Shown piece after piece: positions 14,085-27,957 of a stretch of DNA of 64,000 nucleotides. The notes beneath the pieces were generated by a model that was not told where the DNA came from, ran no database searches, and saw only the letters and a program-made list of their open reading frames with translations. Positions within the stretch are counted from its first letter, which is position 1. The number at the start of each line of letters is the position of its first letter. The position numbers were made by a program, and so were the translations under genes. The DNA is from Octopus vulgaris. Taxonomy: Eukaryota. Location: the NCBI GenBank assembly GCA_951406725.2, contig OX597816.1, positions 89,466,001 through 89,530,000 on the forward strand. The letters run 5' to 3'.

Positions 14085-15161
14085 ATATATATATATGTAT
14101 ATATATACATATGTATGTGTGTGTATTATATATCTTTTTATATTTTAGTTGTTTCAGTCATTGGACTGCGGCCTGTGTGTGCCTGTATCGACGTATATAT
14201 GTATATACATACATATGTGTGTGTGTCCGTGTATGTGAATATGTATTTATGTATGTATGTGTATATGTATGCGTGCTTCTATGTATGGTTGATAGAAAGT
14301 TTTTATAGACTCCTACTGAGATTACATACAGATTAACCTTAAATAGTGAAAAGGAGACATAGCGTTTTAAATAAGAAAGAGCCATCAGGATGTTAAAATA
14401 AAAGTTTGCAGCAAAATAAATTATTGGATAATTAGTCTGGAGAAAAGTGCTGTCGGTTGAAATGAAGATTGGCCTTATGAGTAATGGGTTTTAAGTATGG
14501 GGTTAATACTTAGATAATGAATAGCTAGGAAGACATAGTAATGCAGCTGTATGTGTATGTTATCTATGTATTTATGTACGAACATACGCGCGTGCGCACA
14601 TTATATACATGTGTGTAAGTGTGTGTAAGTGTATGCGTGCGTGTGTGTGTATGCAAATATACACATACATGCATACATCATAGAGCTTACTCCGCTAATT
14701 ATATATCGGATAATTGCATACATTTCCTTTTTTTCCGAATTTTGCGTAAAATGTAAGGTAAATGTAGCATAAGATTAAATATTTATTTCATTAGTTATGA
14801 ATAAAATGAGGTTTCGATTTCCTGATGAGTCAAGAAGAACAGCACTCAAAAGAGTCAGGTGTATTCAGATTTTTCTTACCATTTTGTTGAATTAAAGAAT
14901 CTGAACTACACTGGATTCTGAATGAATATCCAGATTCCGTTAATGGTCGAGTTCTATCATACTTTTCATATTTCTGGTTAAGTAATGAATTTTCTTTATC
15001 TATAAATATATTTCTATGATGGATAAATTAGGACTATGTGATACGAACCTCAGTTTCTGACCCACAAGCGCGTACCCTCCCCTCTCTGCCTTTTTCTCTG
15101 CAGTTATAAACTTATAAAAGCCTCTGCTCTTCCGAGCTTACTCCCCGTTCAGTCAAAACCG

Positions 15162-15227
<66 letters not shown>

Positions 15228-15230
<3 letters not shown>

Positions 15231-15345
15231 TTTATTATTTTACTTGTTTCAGTCATTTGACTGCAGCCATGCTGGAGCACCACCTTTAGTCGAACAAATC
15301 AATCCCAAGACTTATCCTTTGTAAGCCTAGTACTTATTCTATCAT
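15228..15345 (-). mobile_element. 3' end of SINE family C next to (TA)n
   Basis: ttgtttcagtcatttgactgcagccatgctggagcacc...agtacttattctatc is the reverse complement of the family C tail. Confidence 0.8.
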
Positions 15346-15379
15346 AAGACTTACGACAACTTTATCTCTTGTTCTATTT

Positions 15380-16090
15380 ACAAAACTACAGGAGAAATTA
15401 TTGGAACTTGATAAATATCATCAAAAAACTGGGTAAAAAGATAACTTCCAAGCTACTCACCGATGACCACAAGGAACCCCTTTCGAGAAAGAACCCCTTC
15501 TTTTCGTACAAGCTTCATAAGACTGATTTCGACTGTAAACCGACAATCAAACTGATCAGTACTATTAGACCGATATATGACTGATCGATAAACATATCTT
15601 TGGTGTATATAATATTCTGAGTAGAAAAGGTTTCACATTTACTTTCAGGAAATTGTACATTAAACCATTAAACGGTTTAAAGCATTCTCCAATAGAAGCA
15701 GATGCAAATTTTTACAGTGTGACATTTGCGATTGTTATACATCAACCATTCTAACCGTATTGATTAATGCAATCAAATACGTTAAATCGATCAGACTTCA
15801 CAGGGAAAGAAATTAAAATCATTAAACCCGATCGAAAAATGGTTCCTAAATATAACAAAACTTTTTCTAACAATGAAAAATACAATGATTCTTTTAACCT
15901 TAGCATTGGTACCCAGAACTCCACGTTGAAAACAGCAATTTCATTGCTCTCTACAAACAACACAAAATCTGGAATCATATTTTGTGTTTATTGAAACGAC
16001 CAGCGGTTAATTGTGAATACCTTCAACATACGTGCCACCGATGTCCATAGCAAAATATTTCATATACCTTTTAAAGATTTGCTTTCCGAA
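15380..16090 (+). pseudogene. Highly decayed Penelope-like (PLE) reverse transcriptase fragment
   Basis: Colinear remnants PFFSYKLHKTDFDCKPTIKLIS / CKFLQCDICDCYTS / EIKIIKPDRK / SFNLSIG / CVY*ND. These resemble, from recollection, PLE RT motifs (F.TLKDHK.NF...P..RLIN, F.QFDI.DFYPS, FDVTMG, GLYRDD). Many stops. Confidence 0.55.
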
Positions 16091-16189
16091 CAACCATTGA
16101 AGCTCTTCTCACAAAAGCAAAGACTTGAGACAATACCTTCGACATTCACCTACACCATTCCATTATTACTCATCATGGATTGAACCTGA

Positions 16190-16220
<31 letters not shown>

Positions 16221-16457
16221 ATTTATGTGTGCCTTTGTGTCTGTGTTTTCCCCACCCCAACTCCGCCATTATCGCCTGACAACCGATGTTGGGATGTTTA
16301 CGTCCCCCTAACTTAGCTGTTCGGCAAAGGTGACCGATAGAATAAGTAGTAGGCTTACAAAGAATAAGTCCTGTAGATTTCTTCGACTAAAACCCTTTTA
16401 GACGGTGCTTCAGCGTGGCTACAGTCAAATGACTGAAGAAATTAAAAGAATAAAATA
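16190..16457 (+). mobile_element. SINE family C, microsatellite plus tail portion
   Basis: (GT)n, then gacaaccgatgttgg...aacttagc...gatagaataagta...agtcaaatgactgaa...aaaagaataaaa. Confidence 0.8.
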
Positions 16458-17114
16458 ACACAATTAATTTCTCTCTCGCTTCAATGAAAACAAAACCAGG
16501 AAAAGAAATATAGCACGTTGCTCAACTCCATACAGTACCATAGACACTTATGAGAACAATAATTCCTGCAATCTTAGTATCATGGACAGTTGCCATATTG
16601 TTTTTGTTAAGACCCCATTACTCAACTGTCATCCAGGAGCTATTCCAAACTGAATTTAAACATTTAAGTCGTATAAATTTTACAAGTCACTCATCTTCAC
16701 GCATCGCTAACAATGGCCTACGTCTCTTTATGCGTGCAGATGTCAGCCAGTATGCTTACGCATTTTTCTTTCTGTTATTTCAATCATAAAATATTTAATG
16801 TTCTTAATTCATCACATAACTAATAACTTTTGACCTTCACCAATGTTAACGGTGCCAAATCCACCAAGGTTAACTCCATGCTAATGTGCGTGAAAGCTTT
16901 GTTTAGTTTTCTTTTAACTTTAATTAGTTACCATTTTAACCAGCATCCTTCACATATCGTCTTTGCTTTATTCTAACTTGACATTCTGAAGATTATTAAC
17001 AAAAGAGTATGACCTTCAAATGAATGTGAATTATGTCAAATACAAAATATTTCCACCTTGTATACTTCATGCACAAACTTTCTACACACACACGCATATA
17101 TGCATACATATATA

Positions 17115-17151
<37 letters not shown>

Positions 17152-17160
17152 ACACACATA

Positions 17161-17333
17161 TCCTCCGTCTTCCCATCCTTGGATATTTTCTTTTTCTATG
17201 TTTCTGATGAAGAGCTCCGCTCCAAGCGTTAAATCCTCCTTCTTTCTTTCCTTTCCTGAGGGTCCAATAACACTATACATGTTCCACGTCCTCGAATTGT
17301 GTTTTCCCTTTGTGCTTTCATGTTTGGATTAAC
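17161..17333 (+). mobile_element. Short element between (CA)n and (TA)n with a mutated hammerhead-like motif (17201-17233)
   Basis: ttt-CUGAUGA-a-gagc(tcc)gctc-CAAG-cg-tt-aaa. Stems I and II are intact; CAAG stands where GAAA is expected. Confidence 0.5.
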
Positions 17334-17358
<25 letters not shown>

Positions 17359-17364
<6 letters not shown>

Positions 17365-17874
17365 GTTATTTTATTCCACGCGGGTAGAAATATAGGAGAA
17401 ATAGAAGATGAAAATGCACTGAGAATAGTTTTAAAATGTTTATTGATATATTTAAAGGTTTAACTGGTTTCACACAGGTTGCACTGATTTTCAAAAACGT
17501 TCAGATAGAAAGATGTGGTTCATGTAGCAGCTGTCTTGCTTCTGAATAGTGTTTGGAGTTCATGGCTCAAATAATTATATGTTTTGAACAGGATTTGATT
17601 AGTAGAGGATAGTCACATGACTCACAGACACACACTCACACCATTCTGACCACTAAGACCAGTCTCCAAAACCACTGAACCATGAAAGACTAACCCGAAA
17701 CAAAAAATCCTTTTGGTTCCACACTGCTCTTTTCACCCAATTAACCTCCCACACTATCCCTTAAAATAGCAACCATTCCTTAGCTACACAAAAACAGAAA
17801 ATGTCAAACAGAAAATGTCAGACAGGTCAGTTATTCCTCTCCAATTTTTTGTATATTCTTAAATATATCTCCTG

Positions 17875-17878
<4 letters not shown>
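17359..17878 (-). mobile_element. (TA)n-flanked non-coding element with a decayed U3-A8 hammerhead motif (~17458-17498)
   Basis: Minus strand: gttt-UUGAAAA-tcag...ctgtgt-GAAAC-cag-tta-aac. The downstream segment cagtgcattttcatcttctatttctcc is homologous to 48540-48566. Confidence 0.5.
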
Positions 17879-17915
<37 letters not shown>

Positions 17916-18094
17916 TACCACACAAACATGATTTTTATTGAACTAAAAATACTAATTGCATTCCCTTTCTTGAAACTTTCATGTAAACTGTTTTTAACAT
18001 TTTCTTATCATTATCAGACTGTATAACTGTATTTTAATACTTTTGTGATAACCTTTTTTTAACACAGCAAAGCTTATACACAGCTTTACATTTT

Positions 18095-18136
18095 GCTTTT
18101 GATAATCTTTTTCTAAAAAAGTGAAACCGGTCAAGT
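18095..18136 (+). ncRNA. Minimal type I hammerhead motif, U3-A8 variant, GUC cleavage triplet
   Basis: gctt-UUGAUAA-tcttttt(cta)aaaaagt-GAAA-c(cg)-GUC-aagt. The base of stem II is a U-U mismatch. About 50 nt upstream of an AT/GT tract. Confidence 0.55.
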
Positions 18137-18461
18137 CAATAAACAGCTCTAAAAGACCTTTGCATTTTCAAACCTTCTTTCATATATACATATATACATA
18201 TGTGTGTGTGTGTGTGTGTTTTTGTACGTGTATGTGTGTGTATATGTATGTATATATACTTTTATTAAAGCTGTAGAATCTCCACAAAACTGTTTACGCG
18301 TAAATCAGCCGTTTCAGGCATCATTTAAACATTTATCAGGAACAAAGACATGATTCTTAATGAGCTGCTTTGAAATTCCTATTGGGTACTGAAACACACT
18401 AGCAATTAGTTGCTCGCGCGCACGCACACACACACACATACATACACACAAACCCACACAT

Positions 18462-18665
<204 letters not shown>

Positions 18666-18879
18666 ATTCAAATGCAAAATGGCTGGCGACTAACATCCCG
18701 CTTGAAACTCAAGAGTGCCGACGAATTTGAATCACACTGTTTTGAACCATACATGTAACGCCTAGTAAATTTGTTGAGTGCCGTCTTTCGTTTGTCCACT
18801 CACTCGTATGTGTGTGTGTTTCTGTGTGTCTGTGTGTGTAAAATTCATATAGATGCATATATCATCTCAGATATATATA

Positions 18880-19110
18880 TATTTCTTTACTACCCACAAG
18901 GGGCCAAACACAGAGGGGACAAACAAGGACAGACAAAGGGATTAAGTCGACTACATCGACCCCAGTGCGTAACTGGTACTTAATTTATCGACCCCGAAAG
19001 GATGAAAGGCAAAGTCGACCTCGGCGGAATTTGAACTCGGAACGTAACGACAGACGGAATACGGCTACGAATTTCGCCCGGCGTGCTAACGTTTCTACCA
19101 GCTCGCCGCC
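18880..19110 (-). mobile_element. Young full-length SINE family A (tail type A) with 20-bp TSD
   Basis: Head ggcggcgagctggtagaaacgttagcacg, B-box-like gttcaaattcc, core gcctttcatcctttcggggtcgataaattaagtaccag. TSD tatcatctcagatatatata at 18860-18879 and 19111-19130. Confidence 0.92.
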
Positions 19111-19471
19111 TATCATCTCAGATATATATAGAAGTAACGTTCGCGCTGTTCCGTACGAACCGACATTTCTACCATTTTTTAACACCAAGAGGATTTCTTC
19201 TCTAGCTGGTTATCGATGCAATCTGCACACGATATATATTGCAAACAGGAGAGCGAACCCCCATCATCTTCCTACTCTTCCCTCCTTGCAATATATATCG
19301 GCTGCAGATCGCATCAATAACCATTTAGAGGAGGCGTTCTTGGGCTAAAAAACGGCAGTAATATTGGTTCCTACGGAGCAGCCATGTTGAAGTGCCGACA
19401 AACATTACTCCTCGGTATAGTTACTACTTTCATCTCTTATAGTTATTTTCTAACTATCTACTTTGTTTTTA

Positions 19472-19519
<48 letters not shown>

Positions 19520-19969
19520 CATTTCGGAAAATGAATTTTAAAATAGTTTATATTGATGTAAATTAGTCACGATATTTGAAAACTCAAAACATGGGACATT
19601 TCAATAACATTATTTCATGATACTTGTGAGGCCGTAAATAGTTAAATTAAATATTTGATAAGAATATAGTAATAGTTTAAACTAAAATCGCCACTCAAAA
19701 AATTATCGATTTATTACACTGAACTATTTGAGATAAAATTGGAAAGAACTACACACTACCATTAAACGAAAAAGTTAAAGTCGATCCGATTAATAGAATC
19801 GGTCATCAGGGAATTTTCAAATGAATCCGAATCCCTTTTAATTGATATGCAGCCATTAACTGTCCTTGAATTAATCTATATATGATATTATGTAACTTTC
19901 CAAAAAGATATGGTGTTCAAGATTGTTCACTAAAATCCCAATGTTATAAATTTGAACCGATCAAATATC

Positions 19970-20779
19970 TTTTACTTTTTTTTCAGTCAGTTGACTGCAA
20001 CCTTACTGGGATACCACCTTGAAGGCTTTTAGTCAAACAACTCGACCCCAGACTACTTTTTAAACCTGAGACTTATATTATCGGTCTTTTACCGAACCGA
20101 TAAGTTTCGGGGACGTAAACAAACGAATGCGTTTTCAAGTGGTGGTATGGAATAACACAAATACACACACACACATACATAATACATACGTACAAAATAT
20201 ATATATATATATACATATTAGAGGGAAACCACTATGTGGACACCCTTATGCTAGAAATAGATCCGCTATGGTCTTACCACAAATAAATGTTCTCAAGAAA
20301 AATTTAGCAAAGCAACAAAAACGTAATCGAGCAAGACAAAAGAAAAAGCAATAAAAATATGGATTATTCGCATACATGTTTCACTATTAACATATTACGT
20401 AATTTTACTTACATAAATGTCCGTAGATCATCGGTGCGACCGTCCAGATGAATATAATTTGCAGGACTTCATACTAGGACTTCCGCACAAAGTCAGATTT
20501 GTAAACAGTTCTACCCATTACTCTCGTGGTTACTATTTCAAATGTTCTCGTTTTAGCGCGCTAAATTACCGGAGAAACTGATGCTGCAGATAATACTTTA
20601 CTGCAGTGTCCTTTGTCGGTTAGAGAACGTATTAATTTAAATTAAATTTAAAATGAGGGTGAGAAATTAGATATTAATTTAATTAATATCTAATTTCTCA
20701 CCCTCATTTAAAATTTATATTTATATATATATATATATATATATATACACAAACATATATATTTATATGTGTGTGTATG

Positions 20780-20837
<58 letters not shown>

Positions 20838-20932
20838 GTAGTCATGAAGTCAAACCAGTCATATTTTAAAAACAACACCAGACGTGTGTGTATGTGTGTG
20901 TGTGTTTGTGTGTGTGTATGTGTGTGTGTTTG

Positions 20933-20967
<35 letters not shown>

Positions 20968-21160
20968 GCATCCATGTACGTATGTAATATACATGTATAC
21001 GACGGGCTGCGTTTTATTCTATCTACCAAATCTACTAATAAGTCTTGGTTCCTCCCGGGAACTGTAGTAGAAGACACTTCCCCAAGATACCACGTAGTAA
21101 GAGTGAGCCTGGGACCATATGATAGGAATGCAAATTCTTTTACAGCACAGCCACGCGTGC
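19970..21160 (-). mobile_element. SINE family C probably split by insertions in its internal microsatellite (tail ~19970-20150, head ~21001-21160)
   Basis: Tail tttcagtcagttgactgc...; head gacgggct...tagaagacacttcccaag...cacagccacgcgtgc. Both are on the minus strand in the expected order. Confidence 0.55.
20651..20709. repeat. Perfect 29-bp inverted repeat with 1-nt spacer next to (TA)n
   Basis: aaatgagggtgagaaattagatattaatt-t-aattaatatctaatttctcaccctcattt. Confidence 0.95.
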
Positions 21161-21771
21161 ACTTTAAAAAATATAGAAAGCTTCACGAATTTACATGTCC
21201 AAATCAAAGATACATTTCCTAAATCAAATTAGGTCCTGAGTAGGTTACAACTCCATAATAGATATCTGTTACTTAAAAAATTAAATCAGTCGTATTAAGG
21301 CCAAAATTAAGCAGTATAAGAAGGATATGTGACAATTGAAGGGAAGCATCTAAACTATTAGCGATATGTAATAAAACTTAGCTATCTCTCGAACAACGAG
21401 AAATATACACTATTTTCTATAATATCTATTGTCTCTTCAGAAAATGAACCTATCACATATGAGTAAACAATTATAGCACACCTCGAACAAAAAATTATCT
21501 TTGCGAAAGTAAATAATACCTTTACACAAGGTTAAGTCCGTTAGCTATAATTATTGGGTCCGCGTGTACTTTCATATTAATCTCGACAGAAAATTTTACA
21601 TAAGTTCTGGAAATATTGAGCGGTAGATGGCCCTCTCCCTCTCTCTCACTCTCTGTTTCTCTCACTCTCTCTTTCTGAATGTATATATATATATATTAAC
21701 GAGAAATATTTCACGGCGCTGGAGGTTTTATACTTTTTTTTATTTTCATATACGCATATATATATATATAC

Positions 21772-21840
<69 letters not shown>

Positions 21841-22159
21841 CCTTCTGTGTAGTAGCGTGTAATATATATATATAATATTATAAAATGGTTATTATTCAAA
21901 ATGGAAAAAAAGAGAAAAAATCAAGAATATCTGTAGTAAACATATATATACCAACAAACCCACCACTAAGGAGTAATTGGTTTTTATAGAAATGAGTGTA
22001 AAATGCATTTTCGTTACTGCTGAGTCTGACATTGTAGAATTTGTAACACCTTACAGTAATGACTAAAGACGATGCTCTCGTGGACTTAGGTGGAAACATG
22101 AAAAAGTTGCTGTCAAAGGCAGACATATCTCTCTCCCTCTACCCGTCTCTTTCTCTCGC

Positions 22160-22192
<33 letters not shown>

Positions 22193-22545
22193 CATTTTTT
22201 TAATCTTCTGTCTCATTCTCTCTTCACCACAACTGCCTATGCTAAAATGTACCTAGAAAATAATTTTACAAAACGTTTTATATTGCATAGTAATACAACT
22301 AACTCCTGTACCTCGTAATACTTTGTACACAACACATTCAACCATAAGAGAGACCCACGCATATAAAGAGTATCTCAGCCAGAGCAGTCATCGTCTGACA
22401 GAGCTGATGACCAGTCAAACTTCGAAGTCACTGTCACAAGGCTTTCTTGTAAAATAAAACACTATATTCTGTGTTTATATATTGAGTTCTTCCTCAGTTA
22501 ATGTCCGATTGTCTTTACATACATTTATGCATAAAGGACACACAT

Positions 22546-22617
<72 letters not shown>

Positions 22618-22669
22618 ATGTGTGTGTGTGTGTGTGTGTGTGTACGTGTGCATGTATCCATATATATAC

Positions 22670-22701
<32 letters not shown>

Positions 22702-24134
22702 ACACACACGTCTATATATATATGTGTGTGTATGTGCGTCTGATGTTTGTGATTTATTTCATTCATCTCTATGGTCTAGTGATTGGTTCACATCGATGGC
22801 AATCTTGTATTTTTGCACAAAAGTTTTCCAACCGCGATAAAAACAACGAAACACATAATTGAAACACAGAAGATAATTATTCTACGAGATGAATATGACT
22901 GATAGGAAAAAGAACATTCATAAATCCATTTTTTTTTTCTCTATAGAAATTTTCATTAAATAACAACTTTATAGCCTGCCTATTTTGTCATGAACGTGGC
23001 TGTAAACTAACTCCATAATAATGTAATGTCATGACATTGTTCCGAAATGCAAGTTTATCTAATCGACTAGAACTTACTGAAATAATTTGGTTTCTGCTTA
23101 TTCCTTATTCCATACGATATTGAATAATTTTTTGTTTTTGGTTTATTTGTACATGGGGTTCATGTCGGTGTGGTGTAAGTTACTTTCATGACTGATCATG
23201 TGACAGCTTTCTTTATATAACAGCCATCAAACAATAGCAATAAAGATACTGAATTGCTAGTATGTATTTCCGTATATGCGTTTGTGTGTATACCTTTGTT
23301 GATGGATGTGCATACATATAACATGTTATGACATCACATGATTTTGCACCTGGTTACGAGAATATATGAGGAGATACTATTAAATTATAATGTCAACCTA
23401 AAATTGAATAAATATATATTGGTATTTCATAAATTTTCGTTCTTGTCTAAGATACTTCGTTTTAAACGTAATAAATTGGTTTACTTGGAGAAAGAGGAAA
23501 AGTTTAATGCTTCGCTTTTATCCTTCGTCGGGGATAAATGTTTTCTTATGTACCGAACATATATAATAGATGCAGTGAGGATAACAAAACGATGGGAGAG
23601 AAGAATGAACTATAAGAGTGAGAAAAGAGAAAATATCAAAGAATAAGTGAGAACAAAAAATACATGAGATGGAAGAGAAATAGAAAGAGGCAACATAACG
23701 GAAAACGCTAGCAATTGCTAGAGAAAAAAGAAGTGGGTAAATATCAGAAGATGATAGGGATATGATTATTAATAAGCATACTAACAAACTGTGAAGCATA
23801 GTGATAAATTTGGGTTGCAAGGATTGGAGAGTGTAAAGTCAAGAGAGGAAAAGTAAATTACCTCGAAACTGTTCAGTTATTTCCCGTCGACAGATCTCTG
23901 CTTCCTGTAATCCTAGCCTTTTAGGTTGTCTTCTAATTTGGACGGTCAAAAATGAGCTGTAATCTTAGTAATGGCTAGCACGACTAAATTGTAATTTTAG
24001 TATATCATTACTATACATCTAATAATCTGACCTGCCGATGTTTGTTATTGCAGATTGAAGGATACGGTTGTAACAGCACTATGAACACACCCAGATAAAC
24101 ACTACTTTGAAAAATGCAGTCGGAACGTGAAGAG

Positions 24135-24935
24135 ATTTTAGAAGCTCGCTATGCAATGGTTTTGTGTTAAACTGGGCAAAAATGCTACAGAAGCATATGA
24201 AACGTTCTAGAATACTAATGGATTAACTTGTATAAGCCGAGCATGTTTTTCACTGGCACAGGAGGTTCAAGGATGGTACAGAAGAGATGAGAGATGATGA
24301 GAAGTACGGGAGGAAGAGGGAGATCAGAACATCAGAGCTGACTAAGAAAATTCGCAATTTTCTGAATGAAGACAATGAGCATACAGTCTGGAGTTGATTG
24401 GAAGCTTTACACAGAATTATTCATGAAGATCTAACATGCGCAGAATTTGTGCGAAGTTTGTTTCTAGGATGTTCAGTGACGACCAGAATGAAAACTGCGT
24501 TGGCGACAGTAAGCGGATGGTTGAGCTCATTTCCTCTAATCCAAGAGTAATTGAGTTTCTGGAGACCTGTGATGAAAGATGGATCTACTGTCAGAGTGCC
24601 CAATGGAAACATTCTGGCTCACCCATACCTAACAAGTTCAGGTAAAGCAAGTCCATCGTGAAGCTCATCATGAGTTTCCTAACGGACAGCAAAGGCATAA
24701 TTTACATCCACTCAGTAGCCTCTGGCCAGACGATCATCAAAGATTTGTAGAGGTTTTGAGAAAGTTGATGGAGAGATTTCGTCACAAAAGGCCGGAAATC
24801 TTCTGCTCGAGCCGGTGGCTCCTGCACTGGGGCAATACACCAGTCCACGATTCTTTCCTGGTATCCAACTACTTGAAAAAAATGAGCATATAGGAGGGGG
24901 ATCAAAAATGGCACCCATGTGGCTCTCTTCACAGA
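24135..24935 (+). pseudogene. Decayed mariner (Tc1/mariner) transposase
   Basis: CVKLGKNATEAYET, WHRRFKDG, IIHEDL, MRRICAKFVSRMFSDDQ, TCDERWIY, SAQWKHSGSP, DSKGII. Stops and frameshifts are present. Confidence 0.88.
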
Positions 24936-25034
24936 GACTTTGTCATTAGGGTGCTTCCTGGTAGCAGCTCCATAATGACCCTATATGGATAGGATGGGTT
25001 CCTCTGTGAGCTTACCCGCACCTCCAATATCTGA

Positions 25035-25220
25035 ACCGAGCGACGCGTTGTGTTCTTGAGCAAAACACTTCATTTCACGTTGCTCCAGTCCACTCAGCTG
25101 GCAAAAATGAATAACGCTGCGATGGACTGGCGTCCCGTCCAGCTGGGGAACACATACGCCATAGAAACCGGGAATACGGGCCCATGAGCCTGGCTAGGCT
25201 TTAAAAGGGCACATTTATAT
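25035..25220 (+). mobile_element. 5'-truncated SINE family B (core gttcttgagcaaaacacttcatttcacgttgctccagtccactcagctg) with tail type 1
   Basis: The core matches the reverse complement of 45210-45278. The tail tgcgatggactggcgtcccgtcc...gaaaccggga...gagcc matches 48720-48800. Confidence 0.75.
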
Positions 25221-25947
25221 TTAGGTTTTTATTTTGTCAGACTACGAAAATATATAGCAGAATAGGAGCTATTTTCGCACTAAAATTCAACCATTTGTGA
25301 AAGAGTCTTGGGAGTTCCTGTTGGACGTGGTTAAAGACGAAGACTTTGTTTACCTTTTGATGAAGAAATCTCAAAATCGAAAATTTTGTCCCGAATCACG
25401 AAATCTAAGATATTAGTCTTGCCTTAAAAGTATTTTAACACTATTTACAGATTTAAATGTTTTGGGGATTGCATAGACGATATTTTTATGTAAGACATGA
25501 GCAGTTCCCATAAACACTATTTTTTTTAATTTCTTCCATTTTTGGATTTCCTAGTATCTGAGCTAGGTAGCAGTCAACCCCTTTTGCTATAGTTCCAAGG
25601 GCACTTATTAAACGGGTATTACTTTAGTCTTGAGGTTCCAAATTTTGCCAATTTCTATTTATGCACTTTATCAACTCTTCTTTATTTAATGTAATTTTTC
25701 AACTCTTCTTTATTTACTGTCTTTAGTAGTTTTTCTGTGCTATCCAGTATATACTTTAATAGGATTTCTCTTTCCATCTGTACAAGATGACGGGCAAAAT
25801 AGTTGAGTATTGTGGTCCATCTAACTGACATACTCCCTACCTGAAATTTCTGGCCTTGCGCCAAAATTTGAAATCAGTAGTAGTAGTAGTAGTAGTGGTA
25901 GTAGTAATAGTAGTTGCTGTTGTTGTTGTTGTTGTTGTTGTTGTAGT

Positions 25948-26137
25948 AAGGTGGTGAGCTGGCAGAATCGCTAGTGCGCCGGACAAAATAATTAGTCGCC
26001 CGTCTTCGCGTTCTGAGTTCAAATTCATTTCCTCTTTTCGGGATCGATAAAATAAGTACCAGTTAAGCACTGAGTCGATGTAATCAATTTACCCACCTAA
26101 CCCGGAATTGCTGGCCGTGTTACAAAATTCGAAACCA
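25948..26137 (+). mobile_element. SINE family A (older, tail type B)
   Basis: aaggtggtgagctggcagaatcgctagtgcg...gttctgagttcaaattc...gatcgataaaataagtaccag. Confidence 0.8.
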
Positions 26138-26859
26138 TTATGAATAGTTTTTTGTGTGTTTGTTTAATAAATGCTTATGCGGAGAAAGTGAGAATTTCCA
26201 TTCCATTCGTACTGATAGATAAGGAAGTTTCAGGTAAAAATAAGATTAGTCTTAGGAAGGTGAGTCATATGTACAACGTACATATGATGACGCCATATGA
26301 AAATACTATAACGCAGGCTTTCCGAAATTCTATAAGGCTGAGAAACGAATGGTTATAAGGTTGTCGTTTTAGATGATGATGACGACGATGATGATGATAA
26401 TGAATCAAGAGAAAAACGAAATAATTATAAAAAAATAAATTGAACAAAATGGCTGCCCTATTAAAACCCGATTGTATTTCATTCATAGTGACAGCACTTG
26501 TCAGAGAATTGGCTAAAATAGCAAGCAAGCTGAACTGTTTAACTGTATTTTTTAAAGCTAACTGATTGCTAAGACAAAATTGATAATAGAATTAGTCAAG
26601 TCAATTTCTTTACTTTTTTATTTTCTTTTTAGCTAGTTTATTTAAAGTTGTTTTTCTCATGCAAATAAATATTTCTTGTAATTTTTCTCTTTCCTATATT
26701 TTACTTTTAATTTTTTAAAGTGTAAATTGCGACAACTTTTGTTTCATTTAGTCATTTTTTTTATTTATTTCTAGAAAAATGCAATAATTCAATTCTTTTC
26801 TGTTCTTTTTCATTAACTTTTTTTGGTATTGTTTCCTTCAGAATTTTCCTTATTGTTTC

Positions 26860-27185
26860 ATCGTCAGCATCATTATCGTTAATACCAGCATTACCACCAT
26901 CATCATCACCACCATCAGCATCGCCACCATCAGCATCATCACCATCAGCATCACCACTATCAGCATCACTATCATCAGCATCACCACCATCAGCAGCATT
27001 ATCATCTCCGCAGTCGCCATCGGCATCTTTATTATTATTATTGTTGTTGTTGTTGTTATTATTATTATCATCATCATCATCATCATCATTATCAGTATAA
27101 TCATCGTCATCATCATTATCGTCATTATCATTATTATTAAAAGCATCAGTACAGGGGTCGAGATACCCACTAATTTCCCTCCCCC

Positions 27186-27242
<57 letters not shown>

Positions 27243-27245
27243 TAA
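26860..27245. repeat. Compound (ATC/ACC/AGC/ATT)n repeat
   Basis: Directly visible. Confidence 0.93.
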
Positions 27246-27957
27246 TTCAGTTCCTAGGGTATGTGCAGCATTGTTCATTGTTGTTTTATATAATTGTAAT
27301 TTACTATATCACTTTTCCTTTGCTGTGAGATTTGTTTTGTTCTTCCTCCTGTTATTTAGCTTCGGTACGAAAACTGAACAGGTGGTTTAAACAGGAGATT
27401 CCGCATCGTAAAGAGAGATTAGAACCGATTACTTCTATCTTTCTTTTTAAGACTCATAAAATATTACGTAACCTTCCTCCTACAATTGTTGTGAGTGCCC
27501 TTATTTGGCAAAGCAGTGGTAACCTCACTTCATAGAATACTGAGTTAACCATGCATACCTAATCTAGTAGACATGTATCTGGATTCCAAAAGTTGCAGTC
27601 TGGAGTGAGTTTTGCATTGGTATAGATGAAATAATGCTTTTCATATCAGGACCGCAACTGTGGCCAACCTTCATAGAGCCTCTAATAAAGTGTTTCTATA
27701 TCTATGGCTTTTGGGGACATGCTAATCTATGAGAGCTAGGCATTTTTTACACACCTTCGTCCTAACACTTAAGAAAAAGTGGGGCTGAGTGAATAATATA
27801 ACTGTCCGAGGTATATTTTAGGCCGGACTCTCGCTTTGGTCGGGGTGTATGAGGTTTTTTTCAAGTTACTATTAACCAGAGCTCTATTGTAGTTCGGGGT
27901 ATCTTATGTAAAATTTCAGTAAGTTTGCAAGAGGTACGAACACCAAGACAGGTACAG

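Noticed and set aside
14820-14862. CUGAUGA-gtc... hammerhead candidate
   Set aside because: No GAAA or proper stem II.
18305-18345. CUGAUAA...GAAAC on the minus strand
   Set aside because: C3-A8 mismatch with no convincing stems or NUH triplet.
23862-23906. Possible 43-nt minus-strand exon (ag...gtaatt)
   Set aside because: No polypyrimidine tract or partner exons; probably within the mariner upstream region.
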